Source: Eledone cirrhosa
Taxonomy: Eukaryota
Direction: 5' to 3'
Assembly (NCBI GenBank): GCA_964016885.1
Contig: OZ024759.1
Location: 4,278,001 to 4,342,000, forward strand
DNA length: 64,000 nt
This document shows, in pieces, positions 27,172 to 40,245 of this stretch (position 1 is the stretch's first letter; the number at the start of each line of letters is the position of its first letter). The position numbers were made by a program, and so were the translations under genes. Below the pieces are notes generated by a model that was not told where the DNA came from, searched no databases, and saw nothing but the letters and a program-made list of their open reading frames with translations.

Positions 27172-27309
27172 CTGTTTGACAGTTGTTACCTTTATAGCCA
27201 GGTGTACACCCACCACTCGAACAGGTACCAGATTTAGGGTTACACGTGCTATTGTCATAGCAGTGACAGCTATAGCTACAATCTTTACCAAACTTGCCAC
27301 TGGAGCACT
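27172..27309 (-). CDS. EGF-like exon CSSGKFGKDCSYSCHCYDNSTCNPKSGTCSSGGCTPGYKGNNCQT (duplicate copy)
   Basis: 138 nt, TTTCAG acceptor, GTGAGT donor; appears identical to 28690-28827. Confidence 0.88.
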
Positions 27310-28264
27310 CTGAAATATAGAGCTATTATTTATTATTTATTCATGAGTGAATAAGAATTGTTTCGACTTTTGACACAAGGCCAGCAATTACCCCAGTGCA
27401 TTACTGGTACTTTATTTTATCGACCCCGTAAGGATGAAAGGCAAAGTTGACCTCAGCGGGATTTGAACTCAGAGAGCAGAGAGTTGGAACGAATACCACA
27501 AAGCATTCTATCTGATGTTCTAACGACTCTGCCAATTCACTGCCTATATACTCAGTATACTCAGTTGGAAATGAGTATCAACAATTGCTGGGGGGTTTCT
27601 CTGCAATGGACTGGTGTCCTGTCCAGGCTGGAATTGTTTACTGTCAGTCACTTAACACCATGGAAACCAAGGTAAACACTGGCCTGATTAGCATCCAGGC
27701 TTGAGACAAACTTTAGACTCAGAACAAGTAACAGCCAAATTATAGATTAGTATGATAAAAAGGAAAGGACACATTAAATAGTGTAGTCCTAGTTATGCAA
27801 TGCCTGAGAGAAGGGTGGAATGTGCTTATCTCGGTTTCCATGGTGTGAAGCAACTGAGAGTATAGAATTCCATCCTGCACAGGACTCCTGTCCTGTGCAG
27901 GATGGAATTTAAAATCCCCCAGCAATTGCTGGTACTCATTTTCAACTGAGTATACTACGCAAGAATGTTTTGCTTAAGAACGCAATGCACAGCCAAGTCC
28001 AGGAACCAAACCCACAACATTATGATTGTAAATCCAACAGCTTTACCACTTGTGTTAGTGTTAGATAGAGATGACAGTTCATTGATCTCATAACTAGTTT
28101 AAACTGTAAACAACTGACAGTGTCCTTACATATTATAAAGAGGTGAATAAAAGATATTGAAAAAGATACTGTCAATTCACCAGCTTTTATTTTAATTTAC
28201 AAATCTGCCCCCGCCCCATAAAAAAAAAAGAAAGAATGGAAATTCGATATTTAGTTTTACTCAC

Positions 28265-28402
28265 CATTTTGGCAGTTTCTTCCTTCAAAACCAGCAACAC
28301 ATCTTCCGTCAGAACATATTCCTGTCACTGAGTCACATTTGTTGCTGTCTACACAGTGACATATACCTTCACAGTTGCTGCCAAATCTACCATTCTGGCA
28401 GA
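28265..28402 (-). CDS. EGF-like exon CQNGRFGSNCEGICHCVDSNKCDSVTGICSDGRCVAGFEGRNCQN
   Basis: 138 nt, AAG acceptor, GTGAGT donor, phase 1-1. Confidence 0.9.
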
Positions 28403-28689
28403 CTTTCAAAGAAACAAAAACATTGTTTGTTAATAAAAAAAAAAGCAAACCCTTTTTGGTTCAGAAACTTCTGGCGGAATCCCAAAGTCTCATATTTTTA
28501 TATGGTTTGAATATAAATAAACTTCTCTACCTTTTTTTCATGGAACCCCAGACATTCCTTTGCAGAACCCTTGGGTTCCATGGATCCCACTTTGGGAATG
28601 ACTAATAAAGAACAACCTAAAGTTTTGAGAGATAAAACAAGAATTCATATATGTTGCACAGAGTAATTAGCTTCTTTCATTTCACTCAC

Positions 28690-28827
28690 CTGTTTGACAG
28701 TTGTTACCTTTATAGCCAGGTGTACACCCACCACTCGAACAGGTACCAGATTTAGGGTTACACGTGCTATTGTCATAGCAGTGACAGCTATAGCTACAAT
28801 CTTTACCAAACTTGCCACTGGAGCACT
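28690..28827 (-). CDS. EGF-like exon CSSGKFGKDCSYSCHCYDNSTCNPKSGTCSSGGCTPGYKGNNCQT
   Basis: 138 nt, TTTCAG acceptor, GTGAGT donor. Confidence 0.92.
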
Positions 28828-28879
28828 CTGAAATATAGAGCTATTATTTATTATTTATTCATGAGTGAATAAGAATTGT

Positions 28880-29070
28880 TTCGACTTTTGACACAAGGCC
28901 AGCAATTACCCCAGTGCATTACTGGTACTTTATTTTATCGACCCCGTAAGGACGAAAGGCAAAGTTAACCTTGGCGGGATTTGAACTCAGACCGTAAAGA
29001 ACCATAACTCTATGCTGCAAAGCATGGCATCCGACGCTCTACCGATACTGCCAATCCACCACCCTCGCGA
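28880..29070 (-). mobile_element. tRNA-derived SINE family A (other copies ~16760-16930, 21730-21900, 23700-23850, 27360-27540, 33760-33950, 39335-39440, 57250-57400)
   Basis: B-box-like GAGTTCAAATCCC followed by conserved GCCTTTCATCC..GGGGTCGATAAAATAAAGTACCAG. Confidence 0.8.
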
Positions 29071-29472
29071 TTCAATAATAATTATTTCTACTTTTTGCAC
29101 AAGGCTAGCAATTATCCCAGTGTATTACTGGTACTTTATTAGTAATACACTGGATAACAATAATGTTATAATAGTATTATAATATCATTAATATTCAGTT
29201 TGTTTGCCAGCAAACAGCCTCATAAACACCACGTGTGTTTTCTAGATGAACAATGTCATCCTTTTGTTGTAAAAGGGAAAGAAATGGGAAGAACTGTTGG
29301 AGTGTTTGTTGGATGAAATGCTTTGCAGAACTTCTGAGTTCTGAGTTCAAATCTTGCTCAGGTCAAACTTGAATGTCATTTTTACAAGCTTGATAAAATA
29401 ATGTACCAGTTAAATACTGGGGTAGATATAATCAACTGACTTTCTCTTTACTCCAAAATTAAGAAATCATTA

Positions 29473-29700
29473 TTAACCCTTTACCATTCACATTACTCTA
29501 TATATAATATTGTATTTTCATGGTAAAGGCTTTATCTCACATAATTATCTCACATAATATCGAATCTATGAGATTTTGAAAGTATTTATTTTGAGAACAA
29601 TACCTTCACATCAGTTTGAGCGACCAGTTACAGCCAATATCAACAGAAAGAGGTAGAGAATTCTGGCCGGTTTGGGCCGGTTTGAACACGAAAGGGTTAA
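29473..29700. mobile_element. piggyBac-type MITE (~225 bp)
   Basis: TTAA-CCCTTT ... AAAGGG-TTAA ends; homologous to the copies at 17.7/20.2, 34.5 and 62.8-63.3 kb. Confidence 0.75.
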
Positions 29701-30429
29701 TTAAAAACATTGGTACATTTGTGCTTTACATAGGTTTGGCTTGGTTTTACTGGTTGGGTATTCCTCTTGTAACCAACCACTTTACTGAGGGGCCTGGGTG
29801 CACCAGTTCTTGAGAGGTTGTACTAATTAGGGTGGCACCAAGTGGATACAAAATGTGGGACGAAAAGAAGAGAGAGGAGTCAGTTGAAAATGTCTGAGTG
29901 GAGGTGGCATGAACCTAGAATACTCCGAGGAACAGAGTCCAATATAGTAGTGGTGGAAAGCAGGAGGAGAAGGCACATGGGGAGAGTATCAGTGAAGTAG
30001 AGAAAAAATGGTGTATCCATTTGGTTTATAGTCAAGTTTTATTTTTTTTAAACAAGCACCTTTATAGGGTTAGTCGGCCTCCTATGAGGTTGTCACCCCA
30101 TAGGAAGTATTCTGGGTGTTTCAATGGTAAGGACACCATGCCTATCATGTTGTTGTTACAGCTCACATTTATGTAGGTTTGGCTGGCCCCCTACAAGGAT
30201 GCACTCCATAGGAAATATTCTGGGTGTTTTAATAATAAGGCCCCCAGGCCTATCATGTTGTTACAGCTCTACCTATGTAGGTTTAACTGGCCTCTGACAA
30301 AAATGCACCCCAAAGGAGCCTCGGTCTTTTCATGTCACTCTTTCCTTGGTAAGTTTGGAATCTCACTTTGAAGTGCCATATGCTCACCTAGACATACAAA
30401 TAGCATAGAAGATCTACTGAATGACTCAC

Positions 30430-30567
30430 CTGTCTGACAATTGCTACCTTGATAGCCAGCTTCACAGCCACCACTGGAACATACACCTGTGATGGGGTCA
30501 CACTTGCTGTTGTTGGCACAGTGACATGAGTTAATACAGTTGTCACCAAATTTACCACTTCTACACT
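30430..30567 (-). CDS. EGF-like exon CRSGKFGDNCINSCHCANNSKCDPITGVCSSGGCEAGYQGSNCQT
   Basis: 138 nt, CAG acceptor, GTGAGT donor. Confidence 0.92.
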
Positions 30568-30599
30568 CTGTGTACATTAAATATGAAGAATATAGAAGT

Positions 30600-32055
30600 T
30601 AGATGGAATGAGATGTGAAATGTATGTGATATACAATGTATGAGTTGTGAAATGTATGGGATGGGAAATGTAGGAATATGAAATGTAGTGGGTGTGAAAT
30701 GTAGGGATGGGGAATGTAGGAGATGTGAAATGTAGGGATGAGGAATGTAGGGATGAGGAATGTAGGAGATGTGAAATGTAAGGATGTGAAATGTAGGGAT
30801 GAGGAATGTAGGAGATGTGAAATGTAGGAGATGTGAAATGTAGGAGATGTGAAATGTAGTAGATATGAAATGTAAGAGATGTGAAATGTAAGAGATGTGA
30901 AATGTAAGAGATGTGAAATGTAGGAGATGTGAAATGTAAGGATGTGAAATGTAGGAGATGTGAAATGTAAGGAGATGTGAAATGTAGTAGATATGAAATG
31001 TAGGAGATGTGAAATGTAGGAGATGTGAAATGTAAGAGATGTGAAATGTAAGATATGTGAAATGTAAGAGATGTGAAATGTAAGAGATGTGAAATGTAAG
31101 AGATGTGAGATGTAAGAGATATGAAATGTAAGATATGTGAAATGTAGGAGATGTGAAATGTAAGGATGTGAAATGTAGGAGATGTGAAATGAAAGGATGT
31201 GAAATGTAAGAGATGTGAAATGTAGGAGATGTGAAATGTAAGAGATGTGAAATGTAGGAGATGTGAAATGTAGGTGATGTGAAATGTAAGGATGTGAAAT
31301 GTAAGATATGTGAAATGTAAGAGATGTGAAATGTAAGAGATGTGAAATGTAGGCGATGTGAACTGTAGGAGATGTGAAATGTAAGAGATGTGAAATGTAG
31401 GAGATGTGAAATGTAAGAGATGTGAAATGTAGGAGATGTGAACTGTAGGAGATGTGAAATGTAAGAGATGTGAAATGTAGGAGATGTGAAATGTAAGAGA
31501 TGTGAAATGTAAGAGATGTGAAATGTAGGAGATGTGAAATGTAGGAGATGTGAAATGTAGGAGATGTGAAATGTAGGAGATGTGAAATGTAAGAGATGTG
31601 AAATGTAAGGATGTGAAATGTAAGAGATGTGAAATGTAGGTGATGTGAAATGTAGGAGATGTGAAATGTAGATGTGAAATGTAGGAGATGTGAAATGTAG
31701 GAGATGTGAAATGTAAGGGTGTGAAATGTAAGAGATGTGAAATGTAGGAGATGTGAAATGTAAGAGATGTGAAATGTAGGAGATGTGAAATGTAGATGTG
31801 AAATGTAGATGTGAAATGTAAGAGATGTGAAATGTAGGAGATGTGAAATGTAGGAGATGTGAAATGTAGGAGATGTGAAATGTAGGAGATGTGAAATGCA
31901 TGAGATGTGAAATGCATGAGATGTGAAATGTAAGGATGTGAAATGTAAGAGATGTGAAATGTAGGTGATGTGAAATGTAGGATATGTGAAATGTAAAGGT
32001 GTGGATTGTATAATGTGAAATATAGATGTGAATTGTGTGAGATGTGAAATGTAGA
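30600..32055. repeat. 16-bp minisatellite (GAGATGTGAAATGTAG/A)
   Basis: Direct reading, ~90 copies. Confidence 0.96.
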
Positions 32056-32112
32056 GAATGTACAAGAATAACAGTAAACATCAATAACTACAACAGCAAC
32101 CATCATCAACAA

Positions 32113-33400
32113 TAGTGGTGGTGGTGGTGGTAGTGGAGGTGGTGGTGATGGTGGTGGTGGTAGTGGTGGTGGTGGTCGATGTGGTGGTGGTGGTGGCGGT
32201 AGTGGATGTGGTGGTGGTGGCGGTAGTGGCAGTGGTGGTGGTGGTGGTAGTGGTGGTAGGGTGGTGGTGGTACTGGCAGTGGTGGTAGTGGTAGTGGCAG
32301 TGGTGGTAGTGGTAGTGGTGATGGTGGTGGTAGTGTTGGTGGTGGTGGTGGTGGTGGTAGTAGTGGTGGTGGTGGTGGTAGTTGTGGTGGTAGTGGTGGT
32401 AGTGGCGGTGGTGGTAGTGGTGGTGGTGGTAGTGGTGGTGGTGGTAGTGCTGGTGGTGGTGGTAGTGGTGGTGGTGGTAGTGGTGGTGGTGGTGGAGGTG
32501 GTGATGGTAGTGGTGGTGGTGGTAGTGGTGGTGTTGGTAGTGGAGGTAGTGGTGGTGGTGGTGGTCGTGGTAGTGGCAGTGGTGGTGGTGGTGGTGGTAG
32601 TAGTGGTAGTGGTGGTGGCATTGGTGGTGGTGATGGTAGTGGTGGTGGTAGTGTTGGTGGTGGTAGTGGTGGTGGTGGTTGTAGTGGTGGTGGTGGTGGT
32701 GGTGGTGGTAGTTGTGCTGGTAGTGGCAGTGGTGGTGGTGGTGGCAGTGGTGGTGGTGGTGGTGGTGGTGGTGGTAGTGGCAGTGGTGGTAGTGGTGGTG
32801 GTGGTGGAGGTGGTGGTGGTGGTAGTGGTGGTGGTAGTGGTGGTGTTGGTAGTGGAGGTAGTGGTGGTGGTGGTGGTCGTGGTAGTGGCAGTGGTGGTAG
32901 TGGTGGTGGTGGTAGTAGTGGTGGTGGTGGTGGTAGTGGCAGTGGTGGTAGTAGTGGTGGTGGTGGTGGTAGTGGCAGTGGTGGTAGTGGTGGTGGTAAT
33001 GGCAGTGGTGGTAGTGGTGGTGGTAATGGCAGTGGTGGTAGTGGTGGTGGTGGTGATGATGGTGATGATGGTAGTGGTGGTGGTGATGGTAGTGGTGGTG
33101 GTGGTGGTGGTAGTGTTTGTGGTAGTAGTGGTGTGGGGGTGGTAATGGCAGTGGTGGTAGTGGTGGTGGTGATGGTGGTGGTGGTAGTGGTGGTAGTGGT
33201 GGTGTTGTGGTAGTGGTGGTGGTAGTGGTGGTGGTGGTAGTGGTGGTAGTGGTGGTAGTGGTGGTGGTGTGGTAGTGGTGGTGGTAGTGGTGGTGGTGGT
33301 GGTGGTAGTGGTGGTGGTGGTGGGGGTAGTGGTGGAGCTGGTGGTGGTGGTAGTGGTGGTGGTGGTGGTAGTGGTGGTGGTAGTGGTGGTACTGGTGATG
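32113..33400. repeat. (GGT/AGT)n trinucleotide array, ~1.3 kb
   Basis: Direct reading. Confidence 0.97.
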
Positions 33401-33452
33401 ATGATGATAATAACAATGATGATATTTATGATGATGATAGTACACCACTTAC

Positions 33453-33590
33453 CTGTCTGACAGTTGCCACCTTCATATCCAGGAGCACATCCTCCATTAG
33501 AGCAGCTACCAGTCTGTGGCTTACATTTACTCTTGTCAGCACAATGACACATGTTTCGACAGTTTGGTCCAAATTTTCCTCTCTTACATC
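33453..33590 (-). CDS. EGF-like exon CKRGKFGPNCRNMCHCADKSKCKPQTGSCSNGGCAPGYEGGNCQT
   Basis: 138 nt, TTTGTAG acceptor, GTAAGT donor. Confidence 0.92.
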
Positions 33591-33959
33591 CTACAAATCA
33601 ATCAATAACAAATATATATTTTGGTGTGTATTTGTGTGGCCTTGTGGTAAGGGTGTTGGACTTACAATCATAATGTTGTGAGTTCTATTCCTCAACTAGG
33701 TTGTGTGTTGTGTTCTTGAGCAAAAGTATTTCCATTCATGTTGCTCCAGTATAATAATAATTGTTTCTACTTTTGACACAAGGCCAGCAATTGCCCAGTA
33801 CATTACTGGTACTATATTTTATCGACCCCGTAAGGATGAAATGCAAAGTTAACCTTGGTGGGATTTGAACTCAGATCATAAAGGGACGTAACTCTATGCT
33901 TCAAAGCATGGCGTCCGACTCTCTACCAATACTGACAATCCACCGCTCCAGTATAATAA

Positions 33960-34145
33960 TAATAATAGTGAAATTATTGTGTACAGTGCTCAGGTGCACT
34001 ATAACTCATCAAAGGTGCATGTAAAGCACATAGAATAATGAACAAATGTCAGGAAAATGAACAGTGTATGAGTCATGATAAACATATGTACGTGTGTATG
34101 GAGGAGGGATATCAGGTGTAGTGTTGGCGAATTTCAGGAAGCTTG
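33960..34145 (-). mobile_element. CR1 3' UTR fragment
   Basis: Reverse complement of the CR1 3' end, including the (ATT)n tail. Confidence 0.82.
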
Positions 34146-34508
34146 GAGATCAGTGCCAGTAATAGCTGGTGATTTAACCTTGGGATGGACTGGTGCCCTG
34201 TCCAGGGGAAGTTCTGTATTTTAAGTCACTTCATGCCATAGATAGCACTGGCCTGATGACCCTCAGCACTCGAGACACACTTTAGACATTTTTTGTTTTT
34301 GTATATTCAACAGCCCAGTCCTTCTAACTGTCGGTAGGTATCACACTGAGCAGAGTCCACTGTATTCCCCACACCTGGACAGGATGCTAGTCCATTGCAT
34401 GGTATTTCACTGCTATATTATTCTATCTACTCCAAAAGTATGACAGAAAAAGTTGATTTTGGTGGGATTTGAATACCGTTTTAAAAAAGAAATCAAAATC
34501 ACAACCCA

Positions 34509-34728
34509 TTAAAACCTTTAGAATTTAAACCGGCCACAATTCTCTCACTTCTTTCTGTTCAAACCAGCCATAACTGGCTGCTCATACTTATGTTAAGGTA
34601 TTGTTCTCAAAATAGATAATATCAAAATCTCATAGATTTGATATTATGTGAGATAATTATATGAGATAAAGCCTTTACTGTGAAAATATAATAGTGTATA
34701 TGAAGTAGTGTAAATGCTAAAGGGTTAA
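34509..34728. mobile_element. piggyBac-type MITE copy (opposite orientation to 29473)
   Basis: Ends in TAAATGCTAAAGGG-TTAA; internal homology to the other copies. Confidence 0.72.
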
Positions 34729-34944
34729 TCTGTAACACTACTGCCCCTGCTACTCACATCTTCCTCATGATGAACATTTAACATTCACTTCCCCTGTAAC
34801 CAAGAGTGGGATGTGTCAACAGAGATCGACTCAGAACTTAATCGGAGCTACTGACCTCTCAGATGTTACTGGATACATTTCATCATGACTGAAGAGGACA
34901 TTCATCCATTTGTCTGGTAGATTTTCTAAAGAAATAGAACTACA

Positions 34945-37900
34945 AAAGAGCACACACGTGTCTGACAGGTGCTACCTTATAACCAGGACCACACCATCTA
35001 CTGTAACACACCTGTCTGACAGATGATACCTTATAACCAGGACCACACCATCTACTGTAACACACGTGTCTGACAGGTGCTACCTTATAACCAGGACCAC
35101 ACCATCTACTGTAACACACCTGTCTGACAGATGATACCTTATAACCAGGACCACACCATCTACTGTAACACACCTGTCTGACAGGTGCTACCTTATAACC
35201 AGGACTACACTATCTACTGTAACACACTTGTCTGATAGATGATACCTTATAACCAGGACAACACCATCTACTGTAACACACCTGTCTGACAGGTGCTACC
35301 TTATAACCAGGATCACACCATCTACTGTAACACATCTGTCTGACAGCTGCTACCTTATAACCAGGACCACACCTTCTACTGTAACACACCTGTCTGATAG
35401 ATGATACCTTATAACCAGGACCACAGCATCTACTGTAAGACACCTGTCTGACATGTGCTACCTTATAACCAGGACCACACCATCTACTGTAACACACCTG
35501 TCTGACAGGTGCTACCTAATAACCAGGACCACACCATCTACTGTAACACACCTGTCTGACAGCTGCTACCTTATAACCAGGACCACACCATCTACTGTAA
35601 CACACCTGTCTGAAAGATGATACCTTATAACCAGGACCACACCATCTACTGTAACACACCTGTCTGACAGCTGCTACCTTATAACCAGGACTACACTATC
35701 TACTGTAACACACTTGTCTGATAGATGATACCTTATAACCAGGACCACACCATCTACTGTAACACACCTGTCTGACAGCTGCTACCTTATAACCAGGACC
35801 ACACCATCTACTGTAACACAACTGTCTGACAGGTACTACCATATAACCAGGACCACACCATCTACTGTAACACACCTGTCTGACAGCTGCTACCTTATAA
35901 CCAGGACCACACCATCTACTGTAACACAACTGTCTGACAGGTGCTACCTTATAACCAGGACCACACCATCTACTGTAACACACCTGTCTGACAGCTGCTA
36001 CCATATAACCAGGACCACACCATCTACTGTAACACACCTGTCTGACAGGTGCTACCTATTAACCAGGACCACACCATCTACTGTAACACACCTGTCTGAC
36101 AGCTGCTACCTTATAACCAGGACTACACTATCTACTGTAACACACTTGTCTGATAGATGATACCTTATAACCAGGACAACACCATCTACTGTAACACACC
36201 TGTCTGACAGGTGCTACCTTATAACCAGGATCACACCATCTACTGTAACACATCTGTCTGACAGCTGCTACCTTATAACCAGGACCACACCTTCTACTGT
36301 AACACACCTGTCTGATAGATGATACCTTATAACCAGGACCACAGCATCTACTGTAAGACACCTGTCTGACATGTGCTACCTTATAACCAGGACCACACCA
36401 TCTACTGTAACACACCTGTCTGACAGGTGCTACCTAATAACCAGGACCACACCATCTACTGTAACACACCTGTCTGACAGCTGCTACCTTATAACCAGGA
36501 CCACACCATCTACTGTAACACACCTGTCTGAAAGATGATACCTTATAACCAGGACCACACCATCTACTGTAACACACCTGTCTGACAGCTGCTACCTTAT
36601 AACCAGGACTACACTATCTACTGTAACACACTTGTCTGATAGATGATACCTTATAACCAGGACCACACCATCTACTGTAACACACCTGTCTGGCAGCTGC
36701 TACCTTATAACCAGGACCACACCATCTACTGTAACACAACTGTCTGACAGGTACTACCATATAACCAGGACCACACCATCTACTGTAACACACCTGTCTG
36801 ACAGCTGCTACCTTATAACCAGGACCACACCATCTACTGTAACACACCTGCCTGACAGGTGCTACATTATAACCAGGACCACAGCATCTACTGTAACACA
36901 CCTGTCTGACAGGTGCTACCTTATAACCAGGACTTCACCATCTACTGTAACACACCTGTCTGACAGGTGCTACTTTATAACCAGCACCACACCATCTACT
37001 GTAACACACCTGTCTGACAGGTGCTACCTTATAACCAGGACCACACCATCTACTGTAACACAACTGTCTGACAGGTGCTACCTTATAACCAGGACCACAC
37101 CATCTACTGTAACACACCTGTCTGACAGGTGCTACCTTATAACCAGGACCACACCATCTACTGTAACACACCTGTCTGACAGCTGCTACCATATAACCAG
37201 GACCACACCATCTACTGTAACACACCTGTCTGACAGGTGCTACATTATAACCAGGACCACACCATCTACTGTAACACACCTGTCTGATAGATGATACCTT
37301 ATAACCAGGACCACACCATCTACTGTAACACACCTGTCTGACAGGTGCTACCTTATAACCAGGATCACACCATCTACTGTAACACACCTGTCTGACAGCT
37401 GCTACCATATAACCAGGACCACACCATCTACTGTAACACACCTGTCTGACAGGTGCTACATTATAACCAGGACCACACCATCTACTGTAACACACCTGTC
37501 TGACAGGTGCTACCTTATAACCAGGACTTCACCATCTACTGTAACACACCTGTCTGACAGGTGCTACCTTATAACCAGGACCACACCATCTACTGTAACA
37601 CACCTGTCTGATAGATGATACCTTATAACCAGGATCACACCATCTACTGTAACACACGTGTCTGACAGGTGCTACCTTATAACCAGGACCACACCATCTA
37701 CTGTAACACACCTGTCTGACAGGTGCTACCTTATAACCAGGACCACACCATCTACTGTAACACACCTGTCTGACAGGTGCTACCTTATAACCAGGACTTC
37801 ACCATCTACTGTAACACACCTGTCTGACAGGTGCTACTTTATAACCAGGACCACACCATCTACTGTAACACACCTGTCTGACAGCTGCTACCTTATAACC

Positions 37901-39040
37901 AGGACCACACCATCTACTGTAACACACCTGTCTGATAGATGATACCTTATAACCAGGACCACACCATCTACTGTAACACACCTGTCTGATAGATGATACC
38001 TTATAACCAGGACCACACCATCTACTGTAACACACCTGTCTGACAGGTGCTACCTTATAACCAGGACCACACCATCTACTGTAACACACCTGTCTGACAG
38101 GTGCTACCTTATAACCAGGACTTCACCATCTACTGTAACACACCTGTCTGACAGGTGCTACCTTATAACCAGGACCACACCATCTACTGTAACACACCTG
38201 TCTGATAGATGATACCTTATAACCAGGACCACACCATCTACTGTAACACACCTGTCTGACAGGTGCTACCTTATAACCAGGACCACACCATCTACTGTAA
38301 CACACCTGTCTGACAGGTGCTACCTTATAACCAGGACCACACCATCTACTGTAACACACCTGTCTGACAGGTGCTACTTTATAACCAGGACCACACCATC
38401 TACTGTAACACACCTGTCTGACAGCTGCTACCTTATAACCAGGACCACACCATCTACTGTAACACACCTGTCTGACAGGTGCTACCTTATAACCAGGACC
38501 ACACCATCTACTGTAACACACCTGTCTGACAGGTGCTACCTTATAACCAGGACCACACCATCTACTGTAACACACCTGTCTGACAGGTGCTACTTTATAA
38601 CCAGGACCACACCATCTACTGTCACACACCTGTCTGACAGCTGCTACCTTATAACCAGGATCACACCATCTACTGTAACACACCTGTCTGACAGCTCCTA
38701 CCTTATAACCAGGACCACACCATCTACTGTAACACACCTGTCTGACAGGTGCTACTTTATAACCAGGACCACACCATCTACTGTCACACACCTGTCTGAC
38801 AGCTGCTACCTTATAACCAGGACCACACCATCTACTGTAACACACCTGTCTGACAGCTGCTACCTTATAACCAGGACCACACCATCTACTGTCACACACC
38901 TGTCTGACAGCTGCTACCTTATAACCAGGACCACACCATCTACTGTAACACACCTGTCTGACAGGTGCTACCTTATAACCAGGACTTCACCATGTACTGT
39001 AACACACCTGTCTGATAGATGATACCTTATAACCAGGAAC
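34945..39040 (-). repeat. 54-bp tandem satellite (~75 copies) derived from the EGF exon 3' half
   Basis: Unit (minus) CAGACAGGTGTGTTACAGTAGATGGTGTGGTCCTGGTTATAAGGTAGCACCTGT aligns to exon CAGACAGGTGTGTGTTCTAGTGGAGGATGTACTGCTGGTTATGAAGGTAGCAACTGT. Confidence 0.95.
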
Positions 39041-39126
39041 ACACCTTCCACTGGAACACACACCTGTCTCTGTCTTACACCTACTATCATCTTGACTAAA
39101 TATATTAAGTAGCAAACAAAGCTTAC

Positions 39127-39264
39127 CTGGCTGACAGTTTCTACCTTCATAACCAGCAGTACATCCTCCTCTAGAACACACACCTGTCTGTTTGTTACAT
39201 TTACTGTTGTCAACACAGTGACATGTGTTGCCACAGTTGGCTCCAAATTTTCCATTTCTACAGA
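39127..39264 (-). CDS. EGF-like exon CRNGKFGANCGNTCHCVDNSKCNKQTGVCSRGGCTAGYEGRNCQP
   Basis: 138 nt, TTTCCACAG acceptor, GTAAGC donor. Confidence 0.9.
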
Positions 39265-39519
39265 CTGTGGAAATAAAAATATGAGAACAATGACAATAAC
39301 AACAACATATAACACTATACAAGATAATGCTTTCTGATTTAGGCACAAGGCCAGCAATTTTAGGGGAGGAGAAAATCAATTAAATCGACCCCAGTGTGTG
39401 ACTGGTACTTCATTTTATCAACCCTGTTGGGATGAAAGGGATAGCTACCACAATTCTATCATCTATATTATAGCGTTGTCATCTATACTATATCTATATC
39501 ATCTGAACTATATTTGTAT

Positions 39520-40245
39520 CATCTTAATTTCCATGTTTCTAACACCCATGGATATGCCTACAAAGTCAGAAAACAGCACAGCTCCCATGACTTTCGGAAT
39601 CATTTTTTCAAGCTCCGAGTTGCTGAAGCATGGAACAAACTACCTGCATCAGTTGTTAGCTGTCGAGACACTGCATCCTTTAAAACCTCCATGGAACAAA
39701 CTGCCTGCATCAGTTGTTAGCTGTCGAGACACTACATCCTTTAAAACCTTCATGGAACAAACTACCTGCATCAGTTGTTAGCTGTCGAGACACTGCATCC
39801 TTTAAAACCTCCATGGAACAAACTACCTGGATCAGTTGTTAGCTGTCGAGACACTACATCCTTTACAACCTCCATGGAACAAACTACTTGCATCAGTTGT
39901 TAGCTGTCGAGACACTACATCCTTTACAACCTCCATGGAATAAACTACCTGCATCAGTTGTTAGCTGTCGAGACACTGCATCCTTTAAAACCTCCATGGA
40001 ATAAACTACCTGCATCAGTTGTTAGCTGTCGAGACACTGCATCCTTTAAAACCTCTATGCTTCCTGAGATTCGTCAACACTGCACCTGATGTCCCCCCTT
40101 CCATACACACGCACACATGTATTCCATGACTCATACACTGTTCCTTTTCCTGACATTTAAACATTATTCTATGTACTATACATGCACCTTTGATGAGTTG
40201 TAGTGCACCTGAGCACTGTACACAATAATTTCATTATTATATTAT
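39520..40245 (+). mobile_element. CR1 3' fragment containing a 61-bp tandem expansion (~7 copies, 39629-40060)
   Basis: Unit CATGGAACAAACTACCTGCATCAGTTGTTAGCTGTCGAGACACTGCATCCTTTAAAACCTC is the CR1 WNKLPASVVSCRDTASFKT segment. Confidence 0.92.

Larger units (their letters stand above)
23740..28960. repeat. Tandem duplication of a ~1.5-kb two-exon unit bounded by SINE copies
   Basis: 26769-27440 matches 28287-28960 (offset 1518); 23745-24426 matches 27431-28285 apart from a ~180-bp deletion. Confidence 0.93.

Noticed and set aside
30561-33460. Poly-His, poly-Pro, poly-Val and FHISYISHLL ORFs
   Set aside because: All frames of the (GGT)n and 16-bp arrays are open; no independent coding evidence
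34945-39040. CRISPR-like or repeat-protein reading of the 54-bp array (CYSRWCGPGYKVAPVRQV ORFs)
   Set aside because: No unique spacers and no cas genes in a eukaryotic context; recurrent in-frame stops and no convincing in-frame acceptor, so treated as non-coding satellite
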